From assembly GCA_042408215.1 (NCBI GenBank), contig JAYFMW010000006.1, forward strand, positions 448,001 through 512,000: a stretch of DNA of 64,000 nt, given 5' to 3'. Of this stretch, positions 10,922 through 21,793 are shown one piece after another. Each line of letters begins with the position of its first letter. Within the stretch, counting starts at the first letter, position 1. Made by a program: the position numbers and the translations under genes. The notes beneath the pieces are model-generated. The model saw only the letters and a list, made by a program, of their open reading frames with translations. It ran no database searches and was not told the origin of the DNA. The stretch comes from Microcoleus sp. GTDB lineage: Bacteria > Cyanobacteriota > Cyanobacteriia > Cyanobacteriales > Microcoleaceae.

Positions 10922-11025
10922 AATTGAGGTGGATTTCAAAGAGCGGGGTGTGGCGATCGCTTCTGGATCAGTTTTATCGGACCGCTTAAGTTGTCTTTCT
11001 GCAATTTTATTCCTAAATAAAGCCT

Positions 11026-12396
11026 ATGGCCGCATTGATACCAATAGTTATGTACGGCTGGATTCTAGTCGTTTTATACCTGTTTGTCAGGTTTCCGGCT
11101 CAGCGAGCAGTAATCGTAAGTCTGATTGTAGCGTGGCTGTTTTTACCGCAAGTTGCTCTGAGTATCCCTGGATTGCCACCATATACCAAGATGTCAGCAG
11201 CATGTTACGGCGTTTTGCTGGGGACTCTTGTTTACGATACTGCGCGGTTCAGCTCTTTTAAGCCCGGTTGGCTCGACCTGCCAATGCTAATTTACTGTTT
11301 GTGTCCAATTCTTTCACAAGTTACTAATGGCGGAAGCCCAATTACTCCAACTTTTAACCAAATTATTACCTGGGGACTTCCATATTTTTTGGGTCGCTTG
11401 TATCTGAATAATTTAGATGGGCTGAGGCAGTTAGCGATCGGGATTTTTGCTGGTGGGTTAGCCTACATTCCTTTTACTATGATTGAAGGGGTTAGGGGCC
11501 CGATTCTGCACCTGATGGTTTACGGCGTCAATGCCTTTGAGGACTGGGGTCAAGCAAGGCGTATGGGGGGGTGGAGACCGGTAGTATTCATGCAGCACGG
11601 TTTGATGGTGGGGCTGTGGATGATGACAGCAGCTTTAATTGGAACTTGGCTGTGGCAAACCGGGACGCTCAAGAAGTTTCAGGGTCGCAAAATAAAGCCT
11701 CTAGTAATTGTATTAATTATCGCTTTTTTCCTGTGTCGATCTACAGGCGCCTACAGTTTATTTGGAATGGCGCTGCTTGTATTGTTCTCTGCTAAGTGGT
11801 TTCGCACCTCTTTGCCCCTGCTGTTGATCGTTGGATACATAGTATTTTACCTGTACATCGCTGCATCTGGTCAATTTTCCAGCAAAGATGTTATGGGTAT
11901 CGTCACTCCAATATTTGGCGAAGAACGAGCGTCTTCTCTAAAGTTTAGATTTGACATGGAAGAGATATTGGGGGACAAAGCGCGACAAAGATTTATTTTT
12001 GGCTGGGGGGATTCGGGTGGAAACCGCGTGTATAATGATTACGGTCAAGATATCTCCGTTACAGACAGCTTGTGGATTATTACATTTGGTACTAACGGTG
12101 CTGTCGGTTTAGCTAGTTTATTTTCTTCCTTGTTACTTCCTGTTATCGTCTTTTGCTTGTTCAGATATCCGGCCAGAACCTGGTCTAACCCTAAAGTAGC
12201 GCCAGCGGCGGTCCTGGGAGTAGCTTTAACTATGTATGTATTTGACTGTGTTTTGAACGCTATGACTAACCCAATTTTTGCGGTCATTGCGGGAGGAATA
12301 TCGGGTCTGGTACTCAAAGCTCCCGAAAGTCTTAAGGTAAAGAAAACCACTGCGCCACCAAGAATACGGTCCTTGACTCACCCAAAATTAGGATGA
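11026..12396 (+). CDS. O-antigen ligase/Wzy polymerase-like multi-pass membrane protein
   Basis: Many hydrophobic segments, RSTGA and FGWG motifs, and an EPS gene context. Confidence 0.75.
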   Translation: MAALIPIVMYGWILVVLYLFVRFPAQRAVIVSLIVAWLFLPQVALSIPGLPPYTKMSAACYGVLLGTLVYDTARFSSFKPGWLDLPMLIYCLCPILSQVTNGGSPITPTFNQIITWGLPYFLGRLYLNNLDGLRQLAIGIFAGGLAYIPFTMIEGVRGPILHLMVYGVNAFEDWGQARRMGGWRPVVFMQHGLMVGLWMMTAALIGTWLWQTGTLKKFQGRKIKPLVIVLIIAFFLCRSTGAYSLFGMALLVLFSAKWFRTSLPLLLIVGYIVFYLYIAASGQFSSKDVMGIVTPIFGEERASSLKFRFDMEEILGDKARQRFIFGWGDSGGNRVYNDYGQDISVTDSLWIITFGTNGAVGLASLFSSLLLPVIVFCLFRYPARTWSNPKVAPAAVLGVALTMYVFDCVLNAMTNPIFAVIAGGISGLVLKAPESLKVKKTTAPPRIRSLTHPKLG

Positions 12397-12854
12397 TTTT
12401 TAGTCATGGGATCACAGCTTTGAGAGAAGGTTAAAAATATGTTGCATTGCCTCTCTGCAAAAAATAAAATCTCTCTCTACAAGTTTTACATCAAATTAAG
12501 TTAAGAAGTTGAGCTTGCCTTCTCAGTTCCTGAAAATTAGTGTTAAAATTAATTCGCGTGAATTTACATTTCAAGGATGAGCCTGCGATTGTATTCTTTG
12601 GCGGTTAGCTTAATGCGGACAGGGTAATAAGTAGGTGCGATCATGTTAAGATTTGTAAAAATAAATTTGCTTTATACAATCTTTGCTTGCTCTAGCTGAG
12701 GCTTTACAGAATCTTTAAGATGACAGAGTGGACGGCTAGGGTCTAGGGGAGTATACTTAAAAAAGTTTATTCACAAAAGCACCGAAGTAGTGAAAATACG
12801 AGGTTATAGTTAGAGTGGTACTTTAGCAATACAAAGGCTTGAAGGAGAGCGAAA

Positions 12855-13616
12855 ATGAAAGCTGTTAACTTATTAAATGTATCCATTGATAACTTGTCAA
12901 TAACAGAGTTGCTTGAAAGACTCGACTGCGAAGGCGGTGTCGTATTTACGCCGAATGTAGACCACTTGATTAAATTGCAGCATGACCGCGACTTTTATGA
13001 AGCTTATAATACCTCTAACTATAGAGTTTGCGACAGTCAAATATTGATGTACGCCTCACAATTTTTGGGTACTCCTATCAAAGAGAAAATTTCTGGTTCA
13101 GACTTGTTTCCGGCATTTTACACGTATCACAAAAATAATGAGTCAATTAAGATTTTTTTGCTAGGATCTGCGGTGGGCGTTGCGAGTAAAGCTCAGGAAG
13201 AAATCAATCAAAAAATTGGTAGAGAAATAGTAATTCAAGCATATTCTCCTTCTTTTGGGTTTGAAAAGAATGAAGAAGAGTGTGAGAAAATAGTTGAGTT
13301 GATTAATCAATCAGGAGCTACAGTATTGGCAATAGGAGTCGGCTCGCCTAAACAAGAGAAGTGGCTTGTTAAATATAGAAACAAACTGACAAACATCAAA
13401 ATTTTGTTGGGTATAGGTGCAACCATTGATTTTGAAGCTGGTTGCAAAGCAAGATCTCCCAAATGGATGAGCGAAGTCGGAATAGAATGGGCGTACCGAT
13501 TGTTAAGCGAACCCAGAAGGCTGTGGAAGCGATATTTGATAGAAGGTCTGCCTTTTTTCCGGTTGATTGTAGAACAAAAATTAGGGTCTTATAAAATGCC
13601 TTTCCTTGACAACTAA
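12855..13616 (+). CDS. WecB/TagA/CpsF family glycosyltransferase
   Basis: TPNVDH, SGSDLF, GVGSPKQEKW and EWAYRLLSEPRRLWKRY motifs. Confidence 0.93.
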   Translation: MKAVNLLNVSIDNLSITELLERLDCEGGVVFTPNVDHLIKLQHDRDFYEAYNTSNYRVCDSQILMYASQFLGTPIKEKISGSDLFPAFYTYHKNNESIKIFLLGSAVGVASKAQEEINQKIGREIVIQAYSPSFGFEKNEEECEKIVELINQSGATVLAIGVGSPKQEKWLVKYRNKLTNIKILLGIGATIDFEAGCKARSPKWMSEVGIEWAYRLLSEPRRLWKRYLIEGLPFFRLIVEQKLGSYKMPFLDN

Positions 13617-13674
13617 ACAAGCAATCTAGAAGGGAAAGGTGGTTCCTGAAAACTCGACAAATCAAGAACGTAAA

Positions 13675-14763
13675 TTAACCTGAGTTACTGAAGCCTTTAC
13701 CTCCCGATTTTGCCCAAACAAGCAATTCACCGCCACATCCGCCGGCTGCGAGAAATTGAGCTTGGGGATGCCAGGCGAGACAGGAAAAACCACCATCGGC
13801 ACCCTCAAGAATTTGCAGCAATTGTTCTGCTTTGTACCACAAACAAAGTTGACCGTCTTCCGATGCGGAAGCTAATAAAAATGTGTGGGGTTGAAAGCCG
13901 ATCGCACTTACCACATTTTCATGCACCTCCAACGCCCAAGCATCCCAGCCGACACTTTCATCAGCGTCTCTTTCCCAGACGGAAATGCCTTGAGAACTCG
14001 AAGCAGCTAACAAAGGTGCACCCAAAGAATTAGTTTTATCCGACCAAGCTAACTCCCGAACTTTCCCCGGAAAACCCTGCATTACCCAAGGTCGATCGCT
14101 GCCCCATTCATTAACAATTAGGGTGTTATCCATATTACCACAGGCTAGATATTTACCTGAAGGCGACCAGGCGATCGCACCTGTTGCAGACGGTACTGAC
14201 AAAACGTGCGGGTCTTCGTCCCAATCTTCCCCATTCCAAACTTTAACACCTTGATAGCCGCTAACTGCCAGATATTTATCAACAGGATGCCAAGCTAAAT
14301 CTAGCACCGAAGACGAATCAAAATTCAGAGTTACTTCCACAACATTATCATCAGCATTCCAGACTTGAACGAAGCGGCCCATACTGAAAGCTAATTGGTT
14401 GCAGTTGGGACTCCAAGCTAACTTATCAACCCACACACGCTTGTTGTCCAAACTAGCAATTAATTCTCCAGAATTTGCCTGCCAAATTCGCACTTTTCCG
14501 TCTTGTCCACCAGCAGCTAGCAGTTGACTATCAGAGGAAAAAGACAAGCAGTCTGCTGATTGACCAGTTGCTGTTTGCAGCGGCTGCAAAGACAATTCAT
14601 TGATTGTTCCTACAGTTCCTAACATAATTTCGCCGGCGGCGGAACAGACTGCTAAAGTTTTGCCATCGGGCGACCAAGTAACAGCAGTTATGTAGTCAGA
14701 CAGGGTTTCCTTGGCGTGAAATTGCATAGTTAGTTCACTTGTGCTTGTCTTGTTATTGCCCAT
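13675..14763 (-). CDS. WD40-repeat protein associated with COG0523 GTPase
   Basis: Repeated WSP/WHP and W-D-type motifs. Start set at ATG 14763, just after the upstream gene's stop. Confidence 0.88.
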   Translation of the reverse strand: MGNNKTSTSELTMQFHAKETLSDYITAVTWSPDGKTLAVCSAAGEIMLGTVGTINELSLQPLQTATGQSADCLSFSSDSQLLAAGGQDGKVRIWQANSGELIASLDNKRVWVDKLAWSPNCNQLAFSMGRFVQVWNADDNVVEVTLNFDSSSVLDLAWHPVDKYLAVSGYQGVKVWNGEDWDEDPHVLSVPSATGAIAWSPSGKYLACGNMDNTLIVNEWGSDRPWVMQGFPGKVRELAWSDKTNSLGAPLLAASSSQGISVWERDADESVGWDAWALEVHENVVSAIGFQPHTFLLASASEDGQLCLWYKAEQLLQILEGADGGFSCLAWHPQAQFLAAGGCGGELLVWAKSGGKGFSNSG

Positions 14764-14768
14764 TTTGT

Positions 14769-15741
14769 TTAAACCAGACACTGACAAAACTCTGCTCTCA
14801 ATTGAGCTTCGTTTAAGTTGCGACCAATGAATACGAGTTCGTTTTTCGGAGTTTCGCTTGCTTTCCATGCTCGATCTGGTCTGCCGTCAAACAGCATATG
14901 TACTCCTTGAAAAACGAATCTCTTTTCTTCCCCAGCAATATTTAAAATGCCTTTTGTCCGAAAGATATCAGTGCCTTGAGTTCGCAGCAATTCGCCGATC
15001 CAATCGCTAAATTTGTTGCCGTCAATAGCACCGGATTCTACTATTGCTACGGAAGTAACTGTTTGGTCGTGTTCGTGTTCGTGTTCGCCCAAAAAGTCTG
15101 GTTCGATTTCTAATGCCCGGTTCAAATCGAATGCTTTGACGCCCAACAAAACATCCATATCTAATTCAGCGTTGTGAGTACGGTGAATTTTTGCCATTGC
15201 ATTCATGCTGCGAATCCGCGTTTCTAATTCTGCCAATTGTTCTGGTGTGACTAAATCAGTTTTATTCAGCAAAACTACGTCTGCAAAGGCTATTTGTTCT
15301 AGAGCTTCATCTGCATCCCAGTGCTGCATGGATGTGCTTGGCATCGACTACGGTGACAACTGCATCTAGCAGCATTTTATCCCGCATATCTTCGTCTACA
15401 AAGAATGTCTGAATTACGGGTGCAGGGTCTGCTAAACCTGTGGTTTCGATGACTATGTGGTCGAATTTGTCTCGCCGCTTCATTAGGTTGCCGATAATCC
15501 TAATTAAGTCGCCTCTGACTGTACAGCAAATGCAGCCGTTGTTCATCTCAAAAATTTCTTCGTCGGCATCAATTACCAGTTGGTTGTCGATGCCTACTTC
15601 GCCGAATTCGTTGACGATTACTGCAACTTTTTTGCCGTGTTCCTGTGTTAAAATGCGGTTGAGCAGGGTGGTTTTGCCTGCACCCAGATAGCCTGTGAGA
15701 ACGGTCACGGGAACTGATTCGATCGCACTAGCAGTCACCAT
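14769..15741 (-). pseudogene. COG0523/CobW-family metallochaperone GTPase split by a +1 frameshift (real or sequencing error)
   Basis: GYLGAGKTT, GCICC and ETTGLADP lie in 15307..15741. NKTD, HEHEH and the CobW_C domain lie in 14769..15344. One extra base near 15330 (…AAG CAC ATC C ATG CAG CAC TGG…) accounts for the split. Confidence 0.85.
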
Positions 15742-15761
15742 ACTTCACCTCGATTGTGGAA

Positions 15762-15776
15762 TGATAATCATTGTCA
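15762..15776. promoter_or_regulatory. Putative Zur box
   Basis: TGATAATCATTGTCA has one mismatch to the cyanobacterial Zur consensus TGATAATNATTATCA and lies about 20 bp upstream of the COG0523 start. Confidence 0.75.
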
Positions 15777-15882
15777 CCATCTTACACCAGGGTTGTTGGT
15801 AGTAGCAACAATATTAAAAAATGTTAAGAGTTTTTAACTAGAGGAATACGCAGTCTTTGGTTCAGGGCTTACGCATGGGGCT

Positions 15883-15946
15883 AGAAACCGGGTTTCTACG
15901 AGTCTTGCGAACAGAAACGAGAAATATAGCAAGAAACCCGGTTTCT
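15883..15946. repeat. REP-like inverted pair AGAAACCGGGTTTCT...AGAAACCCGGTTTCT
   Basis: Same motif family as the arrays at 51027-51241 and 51476-51863. Confidence 0.75.
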
Positions 15947-15980
15947 GAGGTCAGCGTGGGTGACTAATGACTCACGACAA

Positions 15981-17015
15981 TTAATTGCCAATTATAGCTG
16001 CGATTCGATCGCGATCGAGTTCCCGGCCGATCAACACCAATTTGGTTTGCCGAAGTTCGGAAGGTTGCCAAGGGCGATCGTAAAAATATTCTATCCGATC
16101 GCCCACACCCTGCAACACCATCCTCATCGGTTTCTTGGGAACAGCCACAAACCCTTTAATCCGATAGATTTCTTGACTTTGGATCAATGATTGCAGTTTT
16201 TTTACCAAATCTTCAGGTTCAAATTGGCGATCGGCAATAAAGTAAGTCGAGGTAATATCATCATCATGGTCATGTTCCTCTTCAGTGTCATGGTGACTCG
16301 GCCGAGACTCCAAATTATCCTCAACCGCCGCATTAAATCCCAATAACACATCAGGGTTAATTTCGCCACCCTTACAAGGGACAATTTTAACACTAGGGCG
16401 TAATTCTTGCTGTAACCAAGTTTGGACTTTGTGGCGAGTTTCATCATCTACGCGATCGACCTTAGTCAAAAGTACCAGATCAGCACAAGCCAACTGGTCT
16501 TCAAACAATTCCTCAATGGGTGTCTCGTGATCTAAACTAGAATCAGCCTGCCGCTGTGCCATCAAAGCATCAATATCGCCCACAAAAGTACCGCTAGCAA
16601 CGGCTTCACAATCCACTACAGCCACCACACCGTCTACGGTAGCACCAGTGCGAATTTCCGGCCAGCGAAAAGCTTGAATTAAAGGTTTAGGGAGTGCGAG
16701 TCCAGAAGTTTCGATGAGAATACAATCAATTTGCGATCGACGCTTTAATAATTCTTGCATTGTGGGCAAAAATTCCTCTTGAACAGTGCAGCAAAGACAG
16801 CCATTTGTGAGTTCTACAATGTTGGTAATCGCATCTCCTTCATCATCGCAAACTTGGCAATCACGCAACAGTTCGCCGTCAATGCCTATTTCGCCAAATT
16901 CATTAACAATAACTGCGATGCGACGACCTTGATTGTTTTGCAATAAGTGGCGAATTGCGGTAGTTTTGCCGCTACCGAGAAAACCAGTAATGACTGTAAC
17001 AGGAATTTTGTGCAT
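15981..17015 (-). CDS. cobW: Cobalamin biosynthesis protein CobW
   Basis: GFLGSGKTT, GCLCC, ETSGLALPKPL and a His/Asp-rich tract. It lies downstream of a B12 riboswitch. Confidence 0.9.
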   Translation of the reverse strand: MHKIPVTVITGFLGSGKTTAIRHLLQNNQGRRIAVIVNEFGEIGIDGELLRDCQVCDDEGDAITNIVELTNGCLCCTVQEEFLPTMQELLKRRSQIDCILIETSGLALPKPLIQAFRWPEIRTGATVDGVVAVVDCEAVASGTFVGDIDALMAQRQADSSLDHETPIEELFEDQLACADLVLLTKVDRVDDETRHKVQTWLQQELRPSVKIVPCKGGEINPDVLLGFNAAVEDNLESRPSHHDTEEEHDHDDDITSTYFIADRQFEPEDLVKKLQSLIQSQEIYRIKGFVAVPKKPMRMVLQGVGDRIEYFYDRPWQPSELRQTKLVLIGRELDRDRIAAIIGN

Positions 17016-17071
17016 TGATAATTTTGTTGTTGTTGTTGGTGAAGTGAAATATCTTGTTTCCAGGCTCTGCC

Positions 17072-17287
17072 TATTGGTGACAGCTTAAGACTCAACCTAC
17101 AATAAATGTCGCTTTTAGGCGAAGTCTAGATCCCCCTAAATCCCCCTTAATAAGGGGGACTTTGAAAAATACTCTTGTCCCACACCCCCTACTCCCCTAC
17201 TCCCCTTATTAAGGGGGGTTAGGGGGGATCTGGCAGTTCGATACAAACAAGAGAGACTGTCGGTTTGACGTTAAGTTGTCACCAATG
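17072..17287. mobile_element. MITE with (C/T)ATTGGTGTCAACTTAA-type TIRs, inserted in a REP palindrome
   Basis: TIRs TATTGGTGACAGCTTAA and TTAAGTTGTCACCAATG. Flanking near-direct repeats GGCTCTGCC and GACTCTGCC. Internal CCCCCTTAA..GGGGG hairpins. Confidence 0.8.
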
Positions 17288-17336
17288 GACTCTGCCTGGG
17301 AATGCCGATCTAGAGGCTCTGCCTCGCTGAAATACT

Positions 17337-17747
17337 TTAATTAGGGAGCGGAGGAATTTTAGCCAAAACGCCTTTTTTCAGAGCTTGAGGACGCTCCGAC
17401 CAGGGCAACAAACCATCTGGTTTAGCATAGTATTGACTCGCGCATTCAAGCACAGCCTCGACGCTTTCAGATTCATTGGGAGGCAAATCACCAAACAGAT
17501 AAGTGTATTTTCCAGCAGCAGCAAAAGACACAGCACAAGAGTGGCTGCAAGCACTCATGCACTCCACTTCTTGAATATCAAATTCATCGCAAAATTCCCA
17601 ATCTTTAGCTAGTTGCGACAAGTCTTCCATGAATTGTTGGCCGCCGCTTTTGCCCGATCGCTTGCCGTTTTTCCAAACACTAGCGCAAGCCGTGCAAACA
17701 AACAGACTGTGCTTGTTGCGTACAGTCCCATTAATTCCATCTATCAT
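17337..17747 (-). CDS. DUF1636-family putative metal-binding protein
   Basis: LFVCTAC...ECMSACSHSCAV...KYTYLFGDL...RPQALK pattern, with RBS GAGG before the ATG. Confidence 0.85.
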   Translation of the reverse strand: MIDGINGTVRNKHSLFVCTACASVWKNGKRSGKSGGQQFMEDLSQLAKDWEFCDEFDIQEVECMSACSHSCAVSFAAAGKYTYLFGDLPPNESESVEAVLECASQYYAKPDGLLPWSERPQALKKGVLAKIPPLPN

Positions 17748-17785
17748 CCGTACCTCGCAGATGCGTTCAAAAGTGAGTTAGATAT

Positions 17786-17905
<120 letters not shown>

Positions 17906-18070
17906 AAACCAAATCTTACCACACTTGCGACCAATCAATTTTAGATTTTAGATTTTAGATTTTAGATTTTAGATTTTGGATTGGAGAAAGCGAAAGCTAC
18001 CTCACGGATCAATCTGGGGGCTTGTTTAGTAATTTGTAGGGTGCGCATTGCGCACCTTACAGATTACAAA

Positions 18071-19450
18071 TTATGCAGTTTCGTGCTGTTTGCGCCAAGC
18101 CGGATGCCAGAGCAATTCAGCAGTCGATCGCTTCTCGACCATTTCAGCAGTAATTTTGCAGTTAGCTACATCCTTGCGAGAAGGCAACTCGTACATGACA
18201 TCGAGCATTAACTCCTCTAAAATGCTGCGGAGAGCTCTGGCACCTGTTTTGCGGCGGTAAGCTTCGCGGGCGATCGCCCGCAGCGCCTCCGGCTCAAATT
18301 CCAACTCCACACTATCCATATTCAACAGCTTTTGATACTGCTTCACCAGCGCATTGCGGGGCTCAGTCAAGATCTGCATCAAAGCAGCCTCATCCAGCGG
18401 CGAAATCACTGTCACCACCGGTATCCGCCCGACAAATTCAGGAATTAAACCAAACTTCACTAAATCATCGGCTTGTACTTGCTGCAAAATATCTGCCGCC
18501 CGCTTATCTTTCGCCGGCAATGTTGAGTTGCTGTCGCTTTCAACAGGCTGAATAAAGCCCAAGGATTTTTTACCCAAACGCTGTTCAACTATTTTTTCCA
18601 AACCGACAAAAGCACCGCCGCAAATAAATAGAATTTTGCTAGTGTCAATTTGAATAAAATCTTGGTAAGGATGCTTGCGGCCGCCTTGCGGAGGTACGTT
18701 AACCACCGTTCCTTCCAACATTTTCAGCAGCGCTTGCTGCACCCCTTCTCCTGATACATCCCGCGTGATCGAAGTGTTTTCGCTTTTGCGAGCAATTTTG
18801 TCAATTTCATCAATATAAATAATGCCGCGCTGGGCCGCTTCGACATCAAAATCTGACATTTGCAAAAGCCGCAACAAGATATTTTCTACGTCGTCGCCGA
18901 CATAGCCTGCTTCCGTCAGCGTCGTTGCATCGGCTACCGCAAAGGGCACTTCCAGTATTTGCGCCAAACTTTGCGCTAGCAGAGTTTTGCCGCAACCAGT
19001 CGGCCCCACTAGCATGATGTTGGACTTTTGCAGTTCCACATCGCTGTCTGGGGAAGATTTGCCACTATCTTTGGCTTGGTCAACGCTCAAGCGCTTGTAG
19101 TGGTTGTAAACTGCTACAGAAAGGACTTTTTTTGCTGAGTTTTGACCGATGACGTGGTTGTCTAAATGCTGTTTAATGTCTGTGGGTTTGGGAATTTTAG
19201 CTAAAGTGATTTTGGATTTGTTCGATCGACTCTGGCGTCGCGTTTTTTGTCCTTGAGGCTCTTGAATCTCTGACTGGGGAACCTGTTGAGCGACTGTTTT
19301 TCCATCAAAGAACTCCTCTTCTAAAATTTCATTGCACAGTTCCACGCATTCATCGCAAATGTACACGCCGGGCCCAGCTATTAACTTGCGGACGTACTCC
19401 TGCGACTTGCCGCAAAAGGAGCATCTTAGATTTGAGTCATATTTTGACAT
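18071..19450 (-). CDS. clpX: ATP-dependent Clp protease ATP-binding subunit ClpX
   Basis: C4 Zn finger (CSFC..CDEC), [31 protein letters not shown] and an LGF loop. Confidence 0.95.
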   Translation of the reverse strand: MSKYDSNLRCSFCGKSQEYVRKLIAGPGVYICDECVELCNEILEEEFFDGKTVAQQVPQSEIQEPQGQKTRRQSRSNKSKITLAKIPKPTDIKQHLDNHVIGQNSAKKVLSVAVYNHYKRLSVDQAKDSGKSSPDSDVELQKSNIMLVGPTGCGKTLLAQSLAQILEVPFAVADATTLTEAGYVGDDVENILLRLLQMSDFDVEAAQRGIIYIDEIDKIARKSENTSITRDVSGEGVQQALLKMLEGTVVNVPPQGGRKHPYQDFIQIDTSKILFICGGAFVGLEKIVEQRLGKKSLGFIQPVESDSNSTLPAKDKRAADILQQVQADDLVKFGLIPEFVGRIPVVTVISPLDEAALMQILTEPRNALVKQYQKLLNMDSVELEFEPEALRAIAREAYRRKTGARALRSILEELMLDVMYELPSRKDVANCKITAEMVEKRSTAELLWHPAWRKQHETA

Positions 19451-19817
19451 ATTTGCCTCTTAGTTTACAGTTGCGGTTGCCTGTTTCGAATGAGGGAGTT
19501 TTGGCCCCATCGAACCTTGTTCTTTTCTTTTGTCAGGTTTGGCGATCGGACACCCAAGCCACTCAAGCTTCGCGATCTGTCTCTAAGTTAACACTTTTGA
19601 GGCCTTAGTCATTAGTTATTAGTCATCAGTCGTTAGTCATTAGTCAGAAATAAAAATCAAAAATTCCGACTGATCCCTTCAAAAAATTCTGCCTTCAAAA
19701 AATTCTGCTTTCTACCTGGAAAAGCTGGCTTACCATTTTTTGTAGGGCAAAAATTTTCCCGACATAATTATTTTTACCCGATCGCCATTAGGGTCTGCTT
19801 CTTTCTCAACATCCAAA

Positions 19818-21156
19818 TTGACACTCCTCGGCGTGAACGCGCGGGGATTCTTTGTTCTACGAGCCGACTTGCTCCAACAGGATTTCTCCAGCCAGAGTAG
19901 AGGTCGATTCTCCCAAAGCGTTGCTCGGATCTAGTCCGAAAGTTCCGGTATGCCCTACCGTACTCAATCCTCGACTCAGGATGTTTCTAGCTGCGTTTTC
20001 ATCTCTATCCATTGAGCAACCACACTTACAAACGTGCGTTCTAGTGGATAGCGTTTTATTCACAATTGCACCGCAGCTAGAGCATTCTTGGCTAGTGTAT
20101 TGCGGATTTACCGCAACCGTAACTCTTTCAAATACTTGTCCGAAATATTCAATCCAGATACGGAACTGATACCAAGAAGCATCGTTGATAGACTTAGCTA
20201 AACAATGATTTTTCACCATGTTTTTAATCCTCAAATCTTCGTAAGCTATCAAGTCGTTTGACTGAACTACGCACCGCGCTAATTTCACAGCGTGGTCTCT
20301 GCGTTGCCTACTTATTTTGAGATGGCGTTTTCCTAAAATCTGTCTAGCTTTGCCTCTATTTTTTGAACCTTTTACCTTCCTAGATACACGACGATGAGAA
20401 CGTCTGAGAATTTTTTCACCTGTTCGTAGGAATCTCGGATTTTCAACCGTGACTCCATTTGAATCGGTGTAATATTCTTTCAATCCTACGTCTAATCCGA
20501 TGGTATTTCCAGAAGGCTCTGTGTTTTCCTTTCGATCGACATCGACACAGAATTGAACGTACACGCCGTCTGCACGTTTTACCAATCTTACCCGTTTTAT
20601 TTGGCTAATTTGGTAAAAGTGCAGCTCGCGAGTTCCCTTTAGCTTGAGCTTGCCGATTCCCTTTTTGTCGGTAAACTTAATTGATTTACGATCGTCTGCA
20701 AGTTTCCAACCAGATGTTTTGTATTCGACAGAACGACAATCTTTCTGGAATTGTGGGAACCCTTTTTTACCGGGAATTCCTTTCTTGCAGTTTTCGTAGA
20801 ACCGGGAGATAGAAGACCATGCCCTCTCAGCACTAGCTTGCCTAGCTTGAGAGTTAAGTTCCTTGGCAAATGGGAATTCTTTAGCCAGTACAGCACAAAG
20901 TTTTTGCAAGTCATTTTGTCCAACACCTTTACAATCCATCCAAAATCGAATAGCTTTATTTCGGATGAACTGTGCTGTACGAATTGCATCGTCTATTGCA
21001 ACAAACTGACTTAATTTCCCGTATGTCTTAAACTCAAAAACTAGCATTGTCTTACCTCCTACCTTATATTACTCCAACCAATATAAGATTTCCAGCAGGT
21101 TTGCAAAACTTTATAAAGCCGTCCTTCTAGGACGGGGCTTTAGACCCAAGTTTTTG
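19818..21156 (-). mobile_element. IS200/IS605-family (IS1341-type) element with intact tnpB
   Basis: TTAC immediately precedes the left end (plus-strand GTAA at 21157-21160). Subterminal hairpins are present, the right end is ...GAGTGTCAA, and there is no tnpA. Confidence 0.9.
19857..21047 (-). CDS. tnpB: RNA-guided endonuclease TnpB, apparently intact
   Basis: 396 aa, with the RuvC triad GLDVG / AYEDL / DRDENA and a CSSC..CKC Zn ribbon. Confidence 0.95.
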   Translation of the reverse strand: MLVFEFKTYGKLSQFVAIDDAIRTAQFIRNKAIRFWMDCKGVGQNDLQKLCAVLAKEFPFAKELNSQARQASAERAWSSISRFYENCKKGIPGKKGFPQFQKDCRSVEYKTSGWKLADDRKSIKFTDKKGIGKLKLKGTRELHFYQISQIKRVRLVKRADGVYVQFCVDVDRKENTEPSGNTIGLDVGLKEYYTDSNGVTVENPRFLRTGEKILRRSHRRVSRKVKGSKNRGKARQILGKRHLKISRQRRDHAVKLARCVVQSNDLIAYEDLRIKNMVKNHCLAKSINDASWYQFRIWIEYFGQVFERVTVAVNPQYTSQECSSCGAIVNKTLSTRTHVCKCGCSMDRDENAARNILSRGLSTVGHTGTFGLDPSNALGESTSTLAGEILLEQVGS

Positions 21157-21255
21157 GTAAGGTAGCCGGATCGCGGAGTGCCCAACAGCCGCGCCCCCAC
21201 CTCGAACCCGCAGCCCAAAACCCTTTACCCCTAAGCAATGACAATTGACAAAACT

Positions 21256-21600
21256 ATGGAGATTAACACCAAAGATTACAGCATCCAGTACGATCGCGCT
21301 ACTGAAACAGTCACCTGCTGTGGCTCATTCCGGCTCAGCCAGATGGAAGAATACGCGCCGATCGTACAGTTGCTCAATGACCTGGCTGACAGGGAGCCAA
21401 AAACGATTACTCTAGACTTGCGACAGCTAGAATTTCTAAATAGTTTTGGAATTAACATAGTCTCAAAATTTGTGATTAAAGTGCGCCAGCAAAAGAATAT
21501 TCAGATCGTGGTAAAAGGCTCCAACAGGATACCTTGGCAGGGAAAGTCGCTCAAGAATTTGCAGCGGCTGATGCCTTCCTTGCAGTTGGAATTGGAATAG
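21256..21600 (+). CDS. Slr1659/SiaC-like STAS-type regulator
   Basis: LDLRQLEFLNSFGIN...IPWQGKSLKNLQRL pattern. An alternative start exists at 21238. Confidence 0.75.
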   Translation: MEINTKDYSIQYDRATETVTCCGSFRLSQMEEYAPIVQLLNDLADREPKTITLDLRQLEFLNSFGINIVSKFVIKVRQQKNIQIVVKGSNRIPWQGKSLKNLQRLMPSLQLELE

Positions 21601-21793
21601 GCAATGGCAACAGCTAAACGTGAGTCCCACCGCAGAGTCCGGGAAACAGGATCGGCACTTCGACTAGGCGATCGCGATCGGTGCGGTTGGGGTAATTCAT
21701 AGTGGAGAAGTAATGGGAGTAAGTCATAGTTAAGTTAGCAGCCAACCGTAAAAAACTTCTGGAAAGACTACAAATTATCAATTGTCAATTGCT

